DNA of 64,000 bases, taken from positions 69,626 to 133,625 of the forward strand of contig CALAOR010000076.1 in assembly GCA_937889595.1 (NCBI GenBank), read 5' to 3'. The stretch is from an uncultured bacterium. GTDB lineage: Bacteria; Oederibacteriota; PGYV01; Palsa-1178. Made by a program: the position numbers and the translations under genes. The notes under the pieces were generated by a model. That model saw nothing but the letters and a program-made list of their open reading frames with translations, searched no databases and was not told the DNA's origin. Shown one piece after another: positions 30,501 to 39,740 of the stretch (position 1 is its first letter; each line of letters opens with the position of its first letter).

Positions 30501-30628
30501 TGCACGGCAATCTCATGGACATGACAACAAACAACAAGTCCGAAACCCTGTGGGGCTGGGCCAAAGAAGTTTGTATAAGCAGCCCTTACAGCATAAAGAA
30601 CACGGCAATAAGGCCGGATATCTTTTAG
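27563..30628 (+). CDS. fused glycosidase: GH3 beta-glucosidase (BglX-like) N-terminal ~730 aa plus GH5-like (clan GH-A) C-terminal ~290 aa
   Basis: GH3 region: LTLEEKTSQM, a KHF motif, and GFSGHVVSDC with the nucleophile Asp. C-terminal region: NELG acid/base and VGEFA nucleophile motifs. GTG start. Confidence 0.8.
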   Translation: MAKRKKQVLPYLNTSLSFEERVNDLVSRMTLEEKTSQMLHSSPGIKRLGIPKYDWWNECLHGVARAGIATVFPQAIGLAATFNDELINKAACAISDEGRAKYHKAINEGFRERYFGINFWSPNINIFRDPRWGRGQETYGEDPYLTSRMGAAFVKGIQGDDPKYMKAAACAKHFAVHSGPENLRHTFDAVVSEKDLRETYLPAFKALVRQAKVESVMGAYNRTLGEPCCASKRLLTDILRNEWGFSGHVVSDCHAIHDIYLNHKYTKTSAEAAALSVKNGCDLNCCAGGDQCAESGKGLQKALEYGILGQSYIDRSIKRLLLTRFKLGMFDPDKDVKYSKTPYSVVDSLKHRQLALETARQSLVLLKNDGILPLKKIRSIGVTGPNADDIEALLGNYNGSPSKWVTPLEGIRKIAGKKVKVTYLKGCNIKDKYTDHLNALKETFKDVDVITAFLGLNPLIEGEEGAGDGDRTDISLLPAQAKVLEVLCSIGKPVIVVLLNGGAISLDASQKNIKAVIEAWYPGEEGGTAIAEVLFGKYNPAGRLPVTFYRSIQDLPDFRDYRMENRTYKYFKGEPLFPFGFGLSYTKFKYSKLKLQKTLAPGEPLKLSVEVKNTGSMDGDEVVQVYIKAPAAAEGAPLRSLCGMKRVNLKKKTKKKLEFIIHPEQIGAYAADGSFRQISGVYRIFAGGVQPGYEKMAVTTGIVKASVTLVNAKDTAGKTAAAKYEGFKVGGRHIYDPNNEKFIIRGVNKMIVWLDPDGIPSFSEIAKTGANCVRIVWSVKDGTMEGLDTAIQNCIKEKLVPVIELHDHTGSWGDTVFEMSNNYWTDPKMTGIIKKYERYLIVNYGNELGDNTVTNEQFRLRYSDAVNKMRKAGIRVPIMIDAAAWGTGMNYITDNWEYLRKHDPMNNLIFSIHMWWNDGDSRRVKDAIENAKTAGIPLVVGEFAVAGMENKGLICYETIISECHKTEIGWLAWEWGPGNLHGNLMDMTTNNKSETLWGWAKEVCISSPYSIKNTAIRPDIF

Positions 30629-30635
30629 GCGACTG

Positions 30636-30914
30636 ATGAAAAAAAAGAAGAACTGGTCTGTTTATATCGTGAGGTGCAGGGACGGTTCACTTTATACGGG
30701 TATTTCAAATGACGTCAAACGGCGTATGGAAATCCACAACACGGGGAAGGGCGCTAAATACATTACGCCCGCAAGAAGGCCGGTTAAGTTGTTATATGTA
30801 GAAGCGGGATTCTGTGTCGGAGCCGCGTTAAAAAGGGAAAACGCGATAAAACGTTCAGGCAAAGCAGCGAAAGAAACACTGGTAAAAACCAAAAAGAAAA
30901 GGAAAAAGCCGTGA
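30636..30914 (+). CDS. GIY-YIG nuclease-domain protein (UPF0213/YhbQ-like)
   Basis: WSVYIVRCRDGSLYTGISNDVKRRMEIHN matches the GIY-YIG motif. Confidence 0.75.
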   Translation: MKKKKNWSVYIVRCRDGSLYTGISNDVKRRMEIHNTGKGAKYITPARRPVKLLYVEAGFCVGAALKRENAIKRSGKAAKETLVKTKKKRKKP

Positions 30915-31276
30915 CCGACGAAGAAATATTTGAAAGAAAAAAAGAACTTTTCGAATGCGCCAAATGCGGCGCCTGCTGCAGCGTCCCGGGCTATGTGTTT
31001 CTGAACATCAAGGAAGCCCAGACCATTGCCAGGCTGCTCGGAATAAGTTACGGGGAGTTTTATGATAAAAATATCCGAAAAGCAGGCAACCAGCACATCC
31101 TAAAAACACCGTTTTCAGGCGGCTGCATTTTCTGGGAAGACAAAATGTGCACCATATACGAAGCCAGGCCAAGCCAGTGCCGAACGTTTCCCTACTGGAA
31201 GGAATTAACCGGGGACCACAAGGAGTGGAAAGAAATAGAAAAGTACTGTGAAGGCGCAAAGCGCATAAAGTTTTAA
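30911..31276 (+). CDS. YkgJ-family CxxCxxCC metal-cluster protein
   Basis: CAKCGACCSVPG motif. The gene overlaps the GIY-YIG gene by 4 bp. Confidence 0.7.
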   Translation: MTDEEIFERKKELFECAKCGACCSVPGYVFLNIKEAQTIARLLGISYGEFYDKNIRKAGNQHILKTPFSGGCIFWEDKMCTIYEARPSQCRTFPYWKELTGDHKEWKEIEKYCEGAKRIKF

Positions 31277-31412
31277 TCCGGGTATTATATTTTATGGCCG
31301 CGTAGTGCGGCAAGCAGTGCCGCCTCTATAAAGGTTTTCTTGCCGGTTTAGATCCATAAATACCTTTATACGGATTGGTTTTATGTTATAATTTTCATTC
31401 AGGAGGTTTTAA

Positions 31413-31823
31413 ATGAAAAAACAGCAAATCATAACCATAGTCGTGATTGCCCTCATTGCCGCCGGCATCTACGGCCTTAAAGTGCTGTCCAAATACCAAA
31501 CCAAATCCTATATTTTCGCGGTTGAACTTCAAAAGCAGGGCCTTGCCATCGACAAAATAACCATCGAAGGCGCCACAACCATTATTGACGTGGTTATAGC
31601 CACAGGCGGCGGATTAAGAATAAAAATCACGCATTATGGCAATGGTTTATTTTTTAAAAATGTGGCCGACAACCTCGAAAAAGATAAAAAGAACAAAACC
31701 AAGATTGCCGCCCAGCCCATTTACGTGGCGGGTGATATCATCATCGCGGTTTACCAGGAACCGGTATTGGGCCGGGTAAAAGCGGCTGTGGCAAAACTGT
31801 ATCCGGGGATGACGGAATATTAA
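31413..31823 (+). CDS. hypothetical membrane-anchored periplasmic protein
   Basis: An N-terminal transmembrane helix. Upstream are an extended -10 (TGtTATAAT) and an AGGAGG ribosome-binding site. Confidence 0.45.
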   Translation: MKKQQIITIVVIALIAAGIYGLKVLSKYQTKSYIFAVELQKQGLAIDKITIEGATTIIDVVIATGGGLRIKITHYGNGLFFKNVADNLEKDKKNKTKIAAQPIYVAGDIIIAVYQEPVLGRVKAAVAKLYPGMTEY

Positions 31824-31841
31824 CTTAATAATGGAGGATAA

Positions 31842-31982
31842 ATGAATAGAAAACTGTTGTATTTCCTGATCCTGATATTTTTGGCCGCGGTGATTGTGTT
31901 TAATATATTCCTTAAACAGCCGCCTTCAATCTTTAAAACAGGCATGAACATCACGGTAAAAGCGGGCGGGGTGGCGGCTTGA
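31842..31982 (+). CDS. unannotated 46-aa single-TM peptide, translationally coupled to the ABC ATPase
   Basis: A GGAGGA ribosome-binding site precedes it. Its TGA stop overlaps the TTG start of the next gene. Confidence 0.4.
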   Translation: MNRKLLYFLILIFLAAVIVFNIFLKQPPSIFKTGMNITVKAGGVAA

Positions 31983-32902
31983 TACAACTTAATAATGTTT
32001 CTGTGTATTTTGACAATCTGTTTAAGAGCACCAGGGTTAAGGCCCTGGAGGATGTAAGCCTTACCATAAACCGCGGCGACTGTTTTGCCATGATAGGGCA
32101 GAACGGGGCGGGTAAGTCCACGGCTATGTACTGCCTGCTCGGGCTTATAAAGCCGCAGAAAGGTTCGGTTACCATAGACGGCATGGAATTTGAGCTGGGG
32201 TCTTCCATGTATAATAATATCGGGTATTTGCCTGAGGAACCGCACTACCATGACTTCCTGACAATTGATGAGGCGCTATATTTTTATTCCGGGCTTTACA
32301 ATAAGACGGTCACAAAACAGCAAAGGGATGAGATCCTGGGTGAAATGGGGCTTTTTGACCAGCGATATACCAGGATAAAAAAGTGCTCAAAAGGGATGAA
32401 GCAAAAACTCGGCATTGCGCAGGCCATTATCACCGAACCGGATATTTTATTCCTTGACGAGCCCACACGCGGGCTTGACCCGATAATAAGCAGGTATTTC
32501 AAGCAGCGGCTCATTAATATGAAACAAAAGGGCTCTACTATAATAATAAACTCGCATGTGCTCTCTGAAGTTGAATCGCTGGCCAACAGGGCTGTGATAA
32601 TCGACAAGGGCAGGGTTGTTCTGCAGGATGAACTGATCAATATAACAAACAGCGGCGAGGGCAGGTATCAGGTGGAGTACGAAGGGAAGGATGTAAAACG
32701 GCCGGCGTACCTTAAAAACAGCAGGACTACGGGCGCCCTGGTTACGGGTAGCATACCGGAAGACGAATTTCATGAATTCATGATGTTCCTGAATAAGAAC
32801 AAACTAAAACTGCATAAATGCCTTTTGAACAGGATGACGCTTGAGGATTCTTTTTTCAATATCATAAAGGGGGACAGCAATGAACCGTCAACTGAGGCTT
32901 AA
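31979..32902 (+). CDS. ABC transporter ATP-binding protein
   Basis: Walker A GQNGAGKST, signature motif, and Walker B LFLDEPTRGLD. Confidence 0.85.
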   Translation: MIQLNNVSVYFDNLFKSTRVKALEDVSLTINRGDCFAMIGQNGAGKSTAMYCLLGLIKPQKGSVTIDGMEFELGSSMYNNIGYLPEEPHYHDFLTIDEALYFYSGLYNKTVTKQQRDEILGEMGLFDQRYTRIKKCSKGMKQKLGIAQAIITEPDILFLDEPTRGLDPIISRYFKQRLINMKQKGSTIIINSHVLSEVESLANRAVIIDKGRVVLQDELINITNSGEGRYQVEYEGKDVKRPAYLKNSRTTGALVTGSIPEDEFHEFMMFLNKNKLKLHKCLLNRMTLEDSFFNIIKGDSNEPSTEA

Positions 32903-33659
32903 TATATGGCTTAACCTGGTATACCTGGGCAGAAATTACCTTATAATGGCCGTGCTTGGCATTATGGCTCTGCTGTTTATTGTCATTTTGTCCATGTTCA
33001 GTTCGGGCGGCCGCGGGGCGGCTGGCATGTTCATTCAACTGCATTCTTTGGTGTCAGCGGCTGCTTTTTTGGCGGCTGTCATGATAGTTCACAACCCGAT
33101 CAAGGACAGGACCGTAAAAATGATAATCACAAAACCGTGCCTGCCCGATGAGTGGGCCGCGGCTTCCTTCCTTACCGTCAACCTCATATCAATTGTCCTG
33201 CACCTTATCATACTGGTCTTTGCTGTTATTATGTTTGCCGCAAGACCTGACGCAATGGGCATGGATCCCTCAACATATATTTATATATGGATCAGCAGCG
33301 TCATGGCCGTGATGGTTTTTTCCTCTTTGCTCCTTTTTCTCACGTTTTTTATGCCGCCGGTGCCGGCGGTGGCCATGATGATCCTGCTGAATAATGTTGT
33401 CATTGCCCGTATCATGGATTACTGTTTTAACTATACGGGCGGCATGATTATGGGAATATTCTATAAAATTATCGGCGCTGTGTTTTACATTATATACCTG
33501 GTAGTGCCCTACTTTTCCATGGAAAACATAATGCAGGCCGGGCAGAGTGCGGATAAGGACTGGCCGCATCTCGCGGTTTTTACTGCATACGGGTTTGTCA
33601 CGCTGGGGTTCTATTATTTTATGAGCGTTTACGTGGTTAAAAAGCGGAACCTTATATGA
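32880..33659 (+). CDS. ABC-2-type transporter permease (6 TM), hypothetical
   Basis: Hydropathy profile. The gene overlaps the ATPase gene. Confidence 0.55.
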   Translation: MNRQLRLNIWLNLVYLGRNYLIMAVLGIMALLFIVILSMFSSGGRGAAGMFIQLHSLVSAAAFLAAVMIVHNPIKDRTVKMIITKPCLPDEWAAASFLTVNLISIVLHLIILVFAVIMFAARPDAMGMDPSTYIYIWISSVMAVMVFSSLLLFLTFFMPPVPAVAMMILLNNVVIARIMDYCFNYTGGMIMGIFYKIIGAVFYIIYLVVPYFSMENIMQAGQSADKDWPHLAVFTAYGFVTLGFYYFMSVYVVKKRNLI

Positions 33660-33760
33660 GTTTATGCTGTTGAAAACCGTCAACAAATGGTGTAAACTTT
33701 TTTAGATGCCAAGGCGTCTAATGAACAAGTGAAATAAAAAATGAAACAGGAGGAGCATTC

Positions 33761-34930
33761 ATGAAAAAAAGTTTTTTTGCGGTTTTAGCGGTTTTAATAC
33801 TGCTGTTTTCGGCAACAGCGCAGGCTTTACAGGTTAATTTCAAGGTAAACGCTTCGGGCATTCACGCGGGTATTAATGCGGGGGTAAGTGTAGGGGGAGG
33901 CAATGAATATTTTACGGCCATAGGGCGTTACCAGGGAGTTGCGGATAAGGATGTTTTATTCATCCAGAAACGCGGAATACCGGATGAACAGATACCCGTT
34001 GTGATGTTCATAGCTTCAAGGGCGAATGTCAGGCCCGAGGTGATCATGGATTTAAGAAGACAAGGCAGGTCATGGGCCGATATAGCTTTGAACTTTGGCC
34101 TGGGCGCGGACGCTTTTTATGTGCAGGTAGACGGACCTGTTTACGGCCGCGTATATGGAAGGCTCTACAGCTACTTTAACAGGCCCCTGAACATGTGGAA
34201 CCAGATACGGCTCAGCGACGACGATATTGCTAATTTTGTGAATTTAAGGTTCATGTCCGACCATTACGGTTACAGGCCTGATGAAGTTATAAGGCTGCGC
34301 GAAACAGGGAAATCTTTCACGGACATAAACAGGGAATACTACATGGACAAAGACAGACGCGCGCACGGTTGGAGGGATAAAAATAATGTCTGGCATGACA
34401 GGGCCGCGAACTTCAGGCCAACGGACAAGAACTGGAACCAGAGGGATAATTATTGGAAAATGAACGACAACCGCTGGCACGGGAACGGCGACAAGGCCTG
34501 GCAGCAGCAGCAGAAAGAGAAGAATTATAACGACAATAAACGCTGGCACGGAAAAGCCAAAGAAGAGGATTATAACGATAACCGTTCCCAGGAAAACCGC
34601 CAGCAGGACAAAAACTACAAGGACTCCGGCAATAGGGACAACCGTGATAACGGAAGAACCTACGACAATAAAGACAACCGTGATAATGGGAGAAATTACG
34701 ATAATAAAGACAACGGCAGGCAGGACCGGAAAGAAAACGGCAAAGACGGTGGAAGATCCAATAACAAAGGCAACAATAAGCGCGATAAAAAAGGAAATGG
34801 TAATGACCAGGCGGCCCAGGAACCCACTCAGGCGCCGGATGATAATGGCAACAAACAGAATTCCAGATCCGGCCATGATAACGGCAAAGGAAATGATAAC
34901 CAGAATAACGGCAGAGGAAATAATCAATAA
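33761..34930 (+). CDS. secreted protein: ~180-aa N-terminal domain plus a W-periodic, N/D/R/K/G-rich disordered tail
   Basis: Signal peptide, followed by repeats of the type RDNRDNGR(T/N)YDNKDN and W-x7-10-W spacing. Confidence 0.5.
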   Translation: MKKSFFAVLAVLILLFSATAQALQVNFKVNASGIHAGINAGVSVGGGNEYFTAIGRYQGVADKDVLFIQKRGIPDEQIPVVMFIASRANVRPEVIMDLRRQGRSWADIALNFGLGADAFYVQVDGPVYGRVYGRLYSYFNRPLNMWNQIRLSDDDIANFVNLRFMSDHYGYRPDEVIRLRETGKSFTDINREYYMDKDRRAHGWRDKNNVWHDRAANFRPTDKNWNQRDNYWKMNDNRWHGNGDKAWQQQQKEKNYNDNKRWHGKAKEEDYNDNRSQENRQQDKNYKDSGNRDNRDNGRTYDNKDNRDNGRNYDNKDNGRQDRKENGKDGGRSNNKGNNKRDKKGNGNDQAAQEPTQAPDDNGNKQNSRSGHDNGKGNDNQNNGRGNNQ

Positions 34931-35153
34931 AGCAGGATACAATAAATCACCCCGCAGCCAGCTGCGGGGTGATTTTCGACTGCGCGTCCGGATGGCTACT
35001 TAAAGATTTTGTTTGATTTTCTATTGAAATTTGTCTAACATTGATTGGTCTTGAATAAAAAATAAAATTTTAAGCATAAAAATATAAATAAGGCGATGAT
35101 TTGACCGTGATAAAGATTAAATCTTCTGTTCCGCTGATTATCGGGTTTTTTTA

Positions 35154-35957
35154 ATGCGGCAAAAAGTATCTTTTTTTATTCTAACCCTCAATGAAGAAAA
35201 GAATATTGAGGCCTGCCTGAAAAGTATTGCCTGGGCGGACGAAATTGTGATCGGGGATACCGGGAGCACGGACAATACGCTGAAAATTGCCCGTAAATAT
35301 ACTAAAAAGATTTATAGGATCCCTTTCCTGGGCCATGCAAAATCAAAGGAAATGTTATCCAAAAAGACCACAAACGAATGGGTATTCTCCTTTGACGCCG
35401 ATGAACGGGTAACGGAATTATTGAAAAAGGAAATAATTGATTTTTTGCAAAATGACCCGAAGACGGGCGCTTATGAAGGGATGCGGGTATTACGATGGAA
35501 TTATTTCTGGGGAAAACCAATGCATTGCTGGCACCCTGATTATCAGATGCGTTTTTACCGCAAATCCAGGGGGAAATGGAATTCGGCCAATATCCATTGC
35601 GGGGTGATGCTTCAGGGCAAAACCATCAGTTCGGAAAATTATTTTGAGCACTATACCGACCCGGACCTTTTTCAGTTCTTAAGAAAAATGAATCCATATA
35701 CCACTTCTGATGCCGTGGATCTAACTGCAAACCCCGAAAAAATGAAAAAAGTCGGCGTCGGCGCGGCATATTTGCGGGGAATTGCGACTTTTTGCAAGTT
35801 CTATATCGCGCGCAGGGGGTTTATGGACGGTAAGGCGGGATTCGTATTGAGCTTTTATCTTGCGATCCACAATATTACAAGATACCTTAAAGCATACGAA
35901 TTTAAAACCGGTATATCCAAGGTTCCGCCGCTTGAAAAAATGAAAAGCATATTTTGA
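35154..35957 (+). CDS. GT2 glycosyltransferase (WaaE/KdtX-like LPS core type)
   Basis: VSFFILTLNEEKNIEACLKSIAWADEIVIGDTGSTDNT motif. Confidence 0.75.
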   Translation: MRQKVSFFILTLNEEKNIEACLKSIAWADEIVIGDTGSTDNTLKIARKYTKKIYRIPFLGHAKSKEMLSKKTTNEWVFSFDADERVTELLKKEIIDFLQNDPKTGAYEGMRVLRWNYFWGKPMHCWHPDYQMRFYRKSRGKWNSANIHCGVMLQGKTISSENYFEHYTDPDLFQFLRKMNPYTTSDAVDLTANPEKMKKVGVGAAYLRGIATFCKFYIARRGFMDGKAGFVLSFYLAIHNITRYLKAYEFKTGISKVPPLEKMKSIF

Positions 35958-36081
35958 AACAAATTAAGCCGGCATTTTTTATAAAATTTCCCTTGAAAAA
36001 ACCCCTTAAATTACATATAATCTTCTGGTGTCAAAAACGCATTTCATAACCGCTAAACTTTACAAGGAGGACTAAGGGAAG

Positions 36082-37230
36082 ATGGCAGAGAAACCTTTCG
36101 TAAGCATTATCAGTCCGGTAAGAAACGCTGAAAGGACCATAGATACCACCATACAGTATCTTTTAAACGTGGATTACCCGCGCGATAGGATGGAAATTGT
36201 TTTTGCTGACGGCGGTTCTACGGACAAAACATTGGAAATCATAAAAAAGTGGCAGGAGCAATACAAATTCATAAGCCTGGTGCCTGTGCCGGATTCCAAA
36301 TCGCCGGGACACGCGAGGAACGCGGCTCTTAAGGTCGTGAAAGGCGAGATCATCCTCTTCACTGACGGAGACTGCGCCCCGCACAAGGACTGGGTGGACA
36401 AAATGGTCGAGCCTTTCATAAAGGACCCGCAGGTGGGCATGGTAGGCGGGGAAGTTTTCACATTAAGGACAGACGCGAATAATGACACCGAGACATATTG
36501 TGAAGCGACGGGGTTTTTATCCATTGGCGACAGGGTCGGGATGAAAAACGGCGGCTACTATCCTGAGATTAAAAAGGACCTGCCGAGTGAAATTAACGGC
36601 TCGCAGACCTGCCCGTTCTTTGCGACGGCTAATGCCGCGGTTTCCAAAAAGGCGGCAATGGCGATAGGCAACGAGTTCTGGCATGACCCCACGGGCGAAG
36701 ATGTGGATTTTAACCTGCGCGTATTAAAGAAAGGCTTTAAGCTTTTTTTCCAGCCTTCGGCCATAGTCGACCACATGCACAGGGCGACCCCGCAGATGTT
36801 TTATAAACAGCTTTACGGTTACGGTTACGGCCACCCGTTACTGCTGAAAATGCACGCGAAAAAAGTGCTTGAGTTCTTTTTCGCGTTCGGAAAAGGTTTT
36901 TCGTTTTCGGTGCCGTTCCCGGCGCCGGGGATCATATATTTCGGGGATTTTTTATTCATGAATGTTTTTACAATTTCAACCGTGGTTACAATAGTCGTGA
37001 ACCTGTTGATGGGCGGAGTTTCGGGAATTGTCGGGAATTTTATAGGCTGGGGAACCCAGCTTGCGCTCGCGGTGATATTCGGGCTCAGGTTCTTCGCCCC
37101 GGTATTTAAGATAAAACCGGGAAACAAGCTCCTGACATGGATGACGATCGCTTATTTTTCAAAATGGAATTTCATCAAGGGCGGCCTTGACGGACAGAAA
37201 AAATTCGGCACCATTAATATCGAAGGCTAA
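36082..37230 (+). CDS. GT2 glycosyltransferase with C-terminal transmembrane region
   Basis: VSIISPVRNAERTID...FADGGSTDKT and a DGD-like motif, plus 3-4 C-terminal transmembrane helices. Confidence 0.75.
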   Translation: MAEKPFVSIISPVRNAERTIDTTIQYLLNVDYPRDRMEIVFADGGSTDKTLEIIKKWQEQYKFISLVPVPDSKSPGHARNAALKVVKGEIILFTDGDCAPHKDWVDKMVEPFIKDPQVGMVGGEVFTLRTDANNDTETYCEATGFLSIGDRVGMKNGGYYPEIKKDLPSEINGSQTCPFFATANAAVSKKAAMAIGNEFWHDPTGEDVDFNLRVLKKGFKLFFQPSAIVDHMHRATPQMFYKQLYGYGYGHPLLLKMHAKKVLEFFFAFGKGFSFSVPFPAPGIIYFGDFLFMNVFTISTVVTIVVNLLMGGVSGIVGNFIGWGTQLALAVIFGLRFFAPVFKIKPGNKLLTWMTIAYFSKWNFIKGGLDGQKKFGTINIEG

Positions 37231-37247
37231 GGTGCAAAAATAATGGC

Positions 37248-37289
37248 AAAAACGCCGCGTCGCCGAAAGGTAACGCGGTTTTTTTTTTG
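37248..37289 (+). terminator. rho-independent terminator
   Basis: ccgcgt-cgccgaaaggta-acgcgg followed by a T9 run. Confidence 0.75.
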
Positions 37290-37494
37290 ATGACTGTTTG
37301 CTTTGAGGAGCCTGCGCGACGAAAAGCAATTACAGTCATCAATCCCCGGTCAAGTCCCAGCCTACTGGCTGGGACGAGCGGGATAACTTAACATGCTCCA
37401 AGTAATTAACGGCTTTTTTGTATTAAAATGTAGGGTAGTGAATAGCAGAATAACTGGTATTCAACGTGAAAAAATATATTAACCGGAGGTTTTG

Positions 37495-38235
37495 ATGAAG
37501 GATTCTGAAATACTTGCACAACTTGTAAAACTTCAGGAAATTGACGCCGAGATTATCGGCATTGAGGACAGCAAAAAGGAATTTGTCGCAAGGGTTAACG
37601 GGATCAAGGCGCAGATTGCGGCCAATTCCGCCGAGTTTAACGGAAAAAAGTCCAAACTTGATGAAGCCAGAAGGAAAAAGGCTGCTATTGACGTCGAGAT
37701 CAAGTCAAAGGAAACTGAAATTACCAATAGGGAGGCCCAGTCAGGTGCGGTAAAGACAAATGACGCTTTCAAGGCCATGCAGAATGAGATAGACAATATG
37801 AAAAAGGACATCAAAAAGTTTGAGGACCAGCAGATCGTGCTCATGGAGGAGGAAGACGCGGCGCATATATGGGTTAAGTCGCAGGAAAAGTCCATGAAAG
37901 AAAAAGAAGTTGCAATGCTTGACGACATAAAAAAGCTGGGGGCGGAAGCCGCAACAAAAGATTCCCTTATCGCGGAAGCCCTGAAGAAAAGGGCGGAGGA
38001 AGTAAAAAACGTCAATAAACTATGGTATGAAAGATATGAAAAAATAAGGAAGAGCAAGGGCCTTGCCCTGTCTCCCATCATTGAAGGCAGGAACGGTAGC
38101 GGTGTCTGCGGCGGCTGCAAGTTTGATGTAAGGCCGCAGGTTATTATCGAACTGAAAAAAGGCGGTGAAATAAAGACCTGTTCTAATTGCGCGAGAATAT
38201 GGTACCTTAAGGCAAAAGAGGAAGCTTCCAGGTGA
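37495..38235 (+). CDS. COG1579/DUF164 coiled-coil zinc-ribbon protein
   Basis: A long coiled coil followed by C-terminal CGGC...CSNC. The ATG is at 37495 after a GGAGG ribosome-binding site. Confidence 0.7.
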   Translation: MKDSEILAQLVKLQEIDAEIIGIEDSKKEFVARVNGIKAQIAANSAEFNGKKSKLDEARRKKAAIDVEIKSKETEITNREAQSGAVKTNDAFKAMQNEIDNMKKDIKKFEDQQIVLMEEEDAAHIWVKSQEKSMKEKEVAMLDDIKKLGAEAATKDSLIAEALKKRAEEVKNVNKLWYERYEKIRKSKGLALSPIIEGRNGSGVCGGCKFDVRPQVIIELKKGGEIKTCSNCARIWYLKAKEEASR

Positions 38236-39194
38236 ACCTCAAAAAAGAACTGAAAAAAGTCCTGGACATAGAAGCGGCTGCCATATTAAAAACCAAATCC
38301 AGGATAGACAACGATTTTGAGAAGGCTGTGGGATACATGCTGGCATGTAAAGGCAAAATAGTCATATCAGGGATAGGTAAATCCGGTTTGATAGGCCAGA
38401 AAATCGCGGCCACGATGTCATCCACGGGAACGCCTGCCATATTTTTGCATTCCACGGAAGCGGCTCACGGCGACCTGGGAATGGTTTCAAAAGATGATGT
38501 GGCCCTTATTATTTCCCAGAGCGGCGAGACGGATGAAGTCATAGGCGTCCTGCCGGCTGTAAAGAGGTTCAACATACCCCTGATCGCGATTACGGGGAAA
38601 AAAACATCTTCTCTCGCCAAGAACAGCGACTGTGTCCTGGATTCATCCGTGAAGGAGGAAGCCTGCCCCATGGGTCTGGCGCCTACGGCGTCCACCACGG
38701 TGCAGCTGGCCATAGGCGACGCGCTGGCTGTTGTGCTGTTAAAGCTAAAGAAATTTAAAAAAGAGGATTTTGCAATGTTCCATCCCGCCGGCGCGCTGGG
38801 CAAAAAATTGATGCTGACAGTCGCCGATATAATGCACACAGGCGACAGGATCCCTGTAATTAACGGCGGAATGCCGCTGCAAAAAGGCCTTCTTGAAATT
38901 ACAAAAAAAAGGATGGGCTGCACGGCGGTTGTTAACAGCAAAGGCGTTATGACCGGGATATTCACCGACGGGGACCTGCGCAGGCTTTTGGAAAAAAATG
39001 CAAATCCTTACCCGCTTAAAATGAACGGTATTATGACCGTAAACCCGAAAACCATCAAAGCCTCCGATCTGGCTGTAAAAGCGCTGGGTATTATGGAAAA
39101 ACACTCGATCACCGTGCTTATCGCTGTTGACAAAAATAAAAAACCGGACGGCGTAATACACCTGCATGATATATTAAAATCAGGTGTTGTATAA
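38232..39194 (+). CDS. kdsD: arabinose-5-phosphate isomerase (KpsF/KdsD; SIS plus tandem CBS domains)
   Basis: GIGKSGLIGQKIAATMSSTGTP in the SIS domain, plus a CBS pair. Confidence 0.85.
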   Translation: MNLKKELKKVLDIEAAAILKTKSRIDNDFEKAVGYMLACKGKIVISGIGKSGLIGQKIAATMSSTGTPAIFLHSTEAAHGDLGMVSKDDVALIISQSGETDEVIGVLPAVKRFNIPLIAITGKKTSSLAKNSDCVLDSSVKEEACPMGLAPTASTTVQLAIGDALAVVLLKLKKFKKEDFAMFHPAGALGKKLMLTVADIMHTGDRIPVINGGMPLQKGLLEITKKRMGCTAVVNSKGVMTGIFTDGDLRRLLEKNANPYPLKMNGIMTVNPKTIKASDLAVKALGIMEKHSITVLIAVDKNKKPDGVIHLHDILKSGVV

Positions 39195-39740
39195 ATGCGC
39201 GCTAAATTCCATGCAAAACTGAAAAAAATAAAGTTTTTTGTGCTCGATGTGGACGGGGTTTTAACCGACGGCGGTATAATAATCGGGAGCGACGGGACCG
39301 AGTACAAGAAATTTGACGTTAAAGACGGGTCGGGTATCGCACTGGCGCGGCACGTGGGAATAAAATTCGCCATACTTAGCGGCAGGTTCTCGAAAGTTAT
39401 AGAACTGCGCGCGGCCGAACTGAAAATCGACGCGGTTTATCAGAATATACTTGTTAAAATGGAAGCATATGACGATCTGAAAAACAAATTCTGCCTTAAA
39501 GACGAGGAAATATGTTTTGTCGGCGATGAAATAATAGACATACCTGTCATGGAAAAATGCGGTTTTGCGTCGGCCCCGGCTGATGCCGTGGCTGAAACAA
39601 GGAAAACAGCCGATTATGTATGCAAATCAAAGGGCGGCAGGGGCTGTGTGAGGGAAACTGTTGAAATGGTGCTTAAAGCCCAGGGGTTATGGCAAAAAGC
39701 CATCGCAAGGTACTTAAGGTATGAAAAACCCGTTTTTTAA
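39195..39740 (+). CDS. kdsC: KDO-8-phosphate phosphatase (HAD, YrbI family)
   Basis: FVLDVDGVLTDG motif. It occupies the conserved position after kdsD. Confidence 0.85.
   Translation: MRAKFHAKLKKIKFFVLDVDGVLTDGGIIIGSDGTEYKKFDVKDGSGIALARHVGIKFAILSGRFSKVIELRAAELKIDAVYQNILVKMEAYDDLKNKFCLKDEEICFVGDEIIDIPVMEKCGFASAPADAVAETRKTADYVCKSKGGRGCVRETVEMVLKAQGLWQKAIARYLRYEKPVF

Noticed and set aside
33761-34930. Possible mis-called ORF because of extreme low complexity
   Set aside because: It has a proper signal peptide, a non-repetitive 180-aa N-terminal domain and an in-frame repeat structure, so it was kept as a real gene. The antisense ORF 34244-34942 was rejected.
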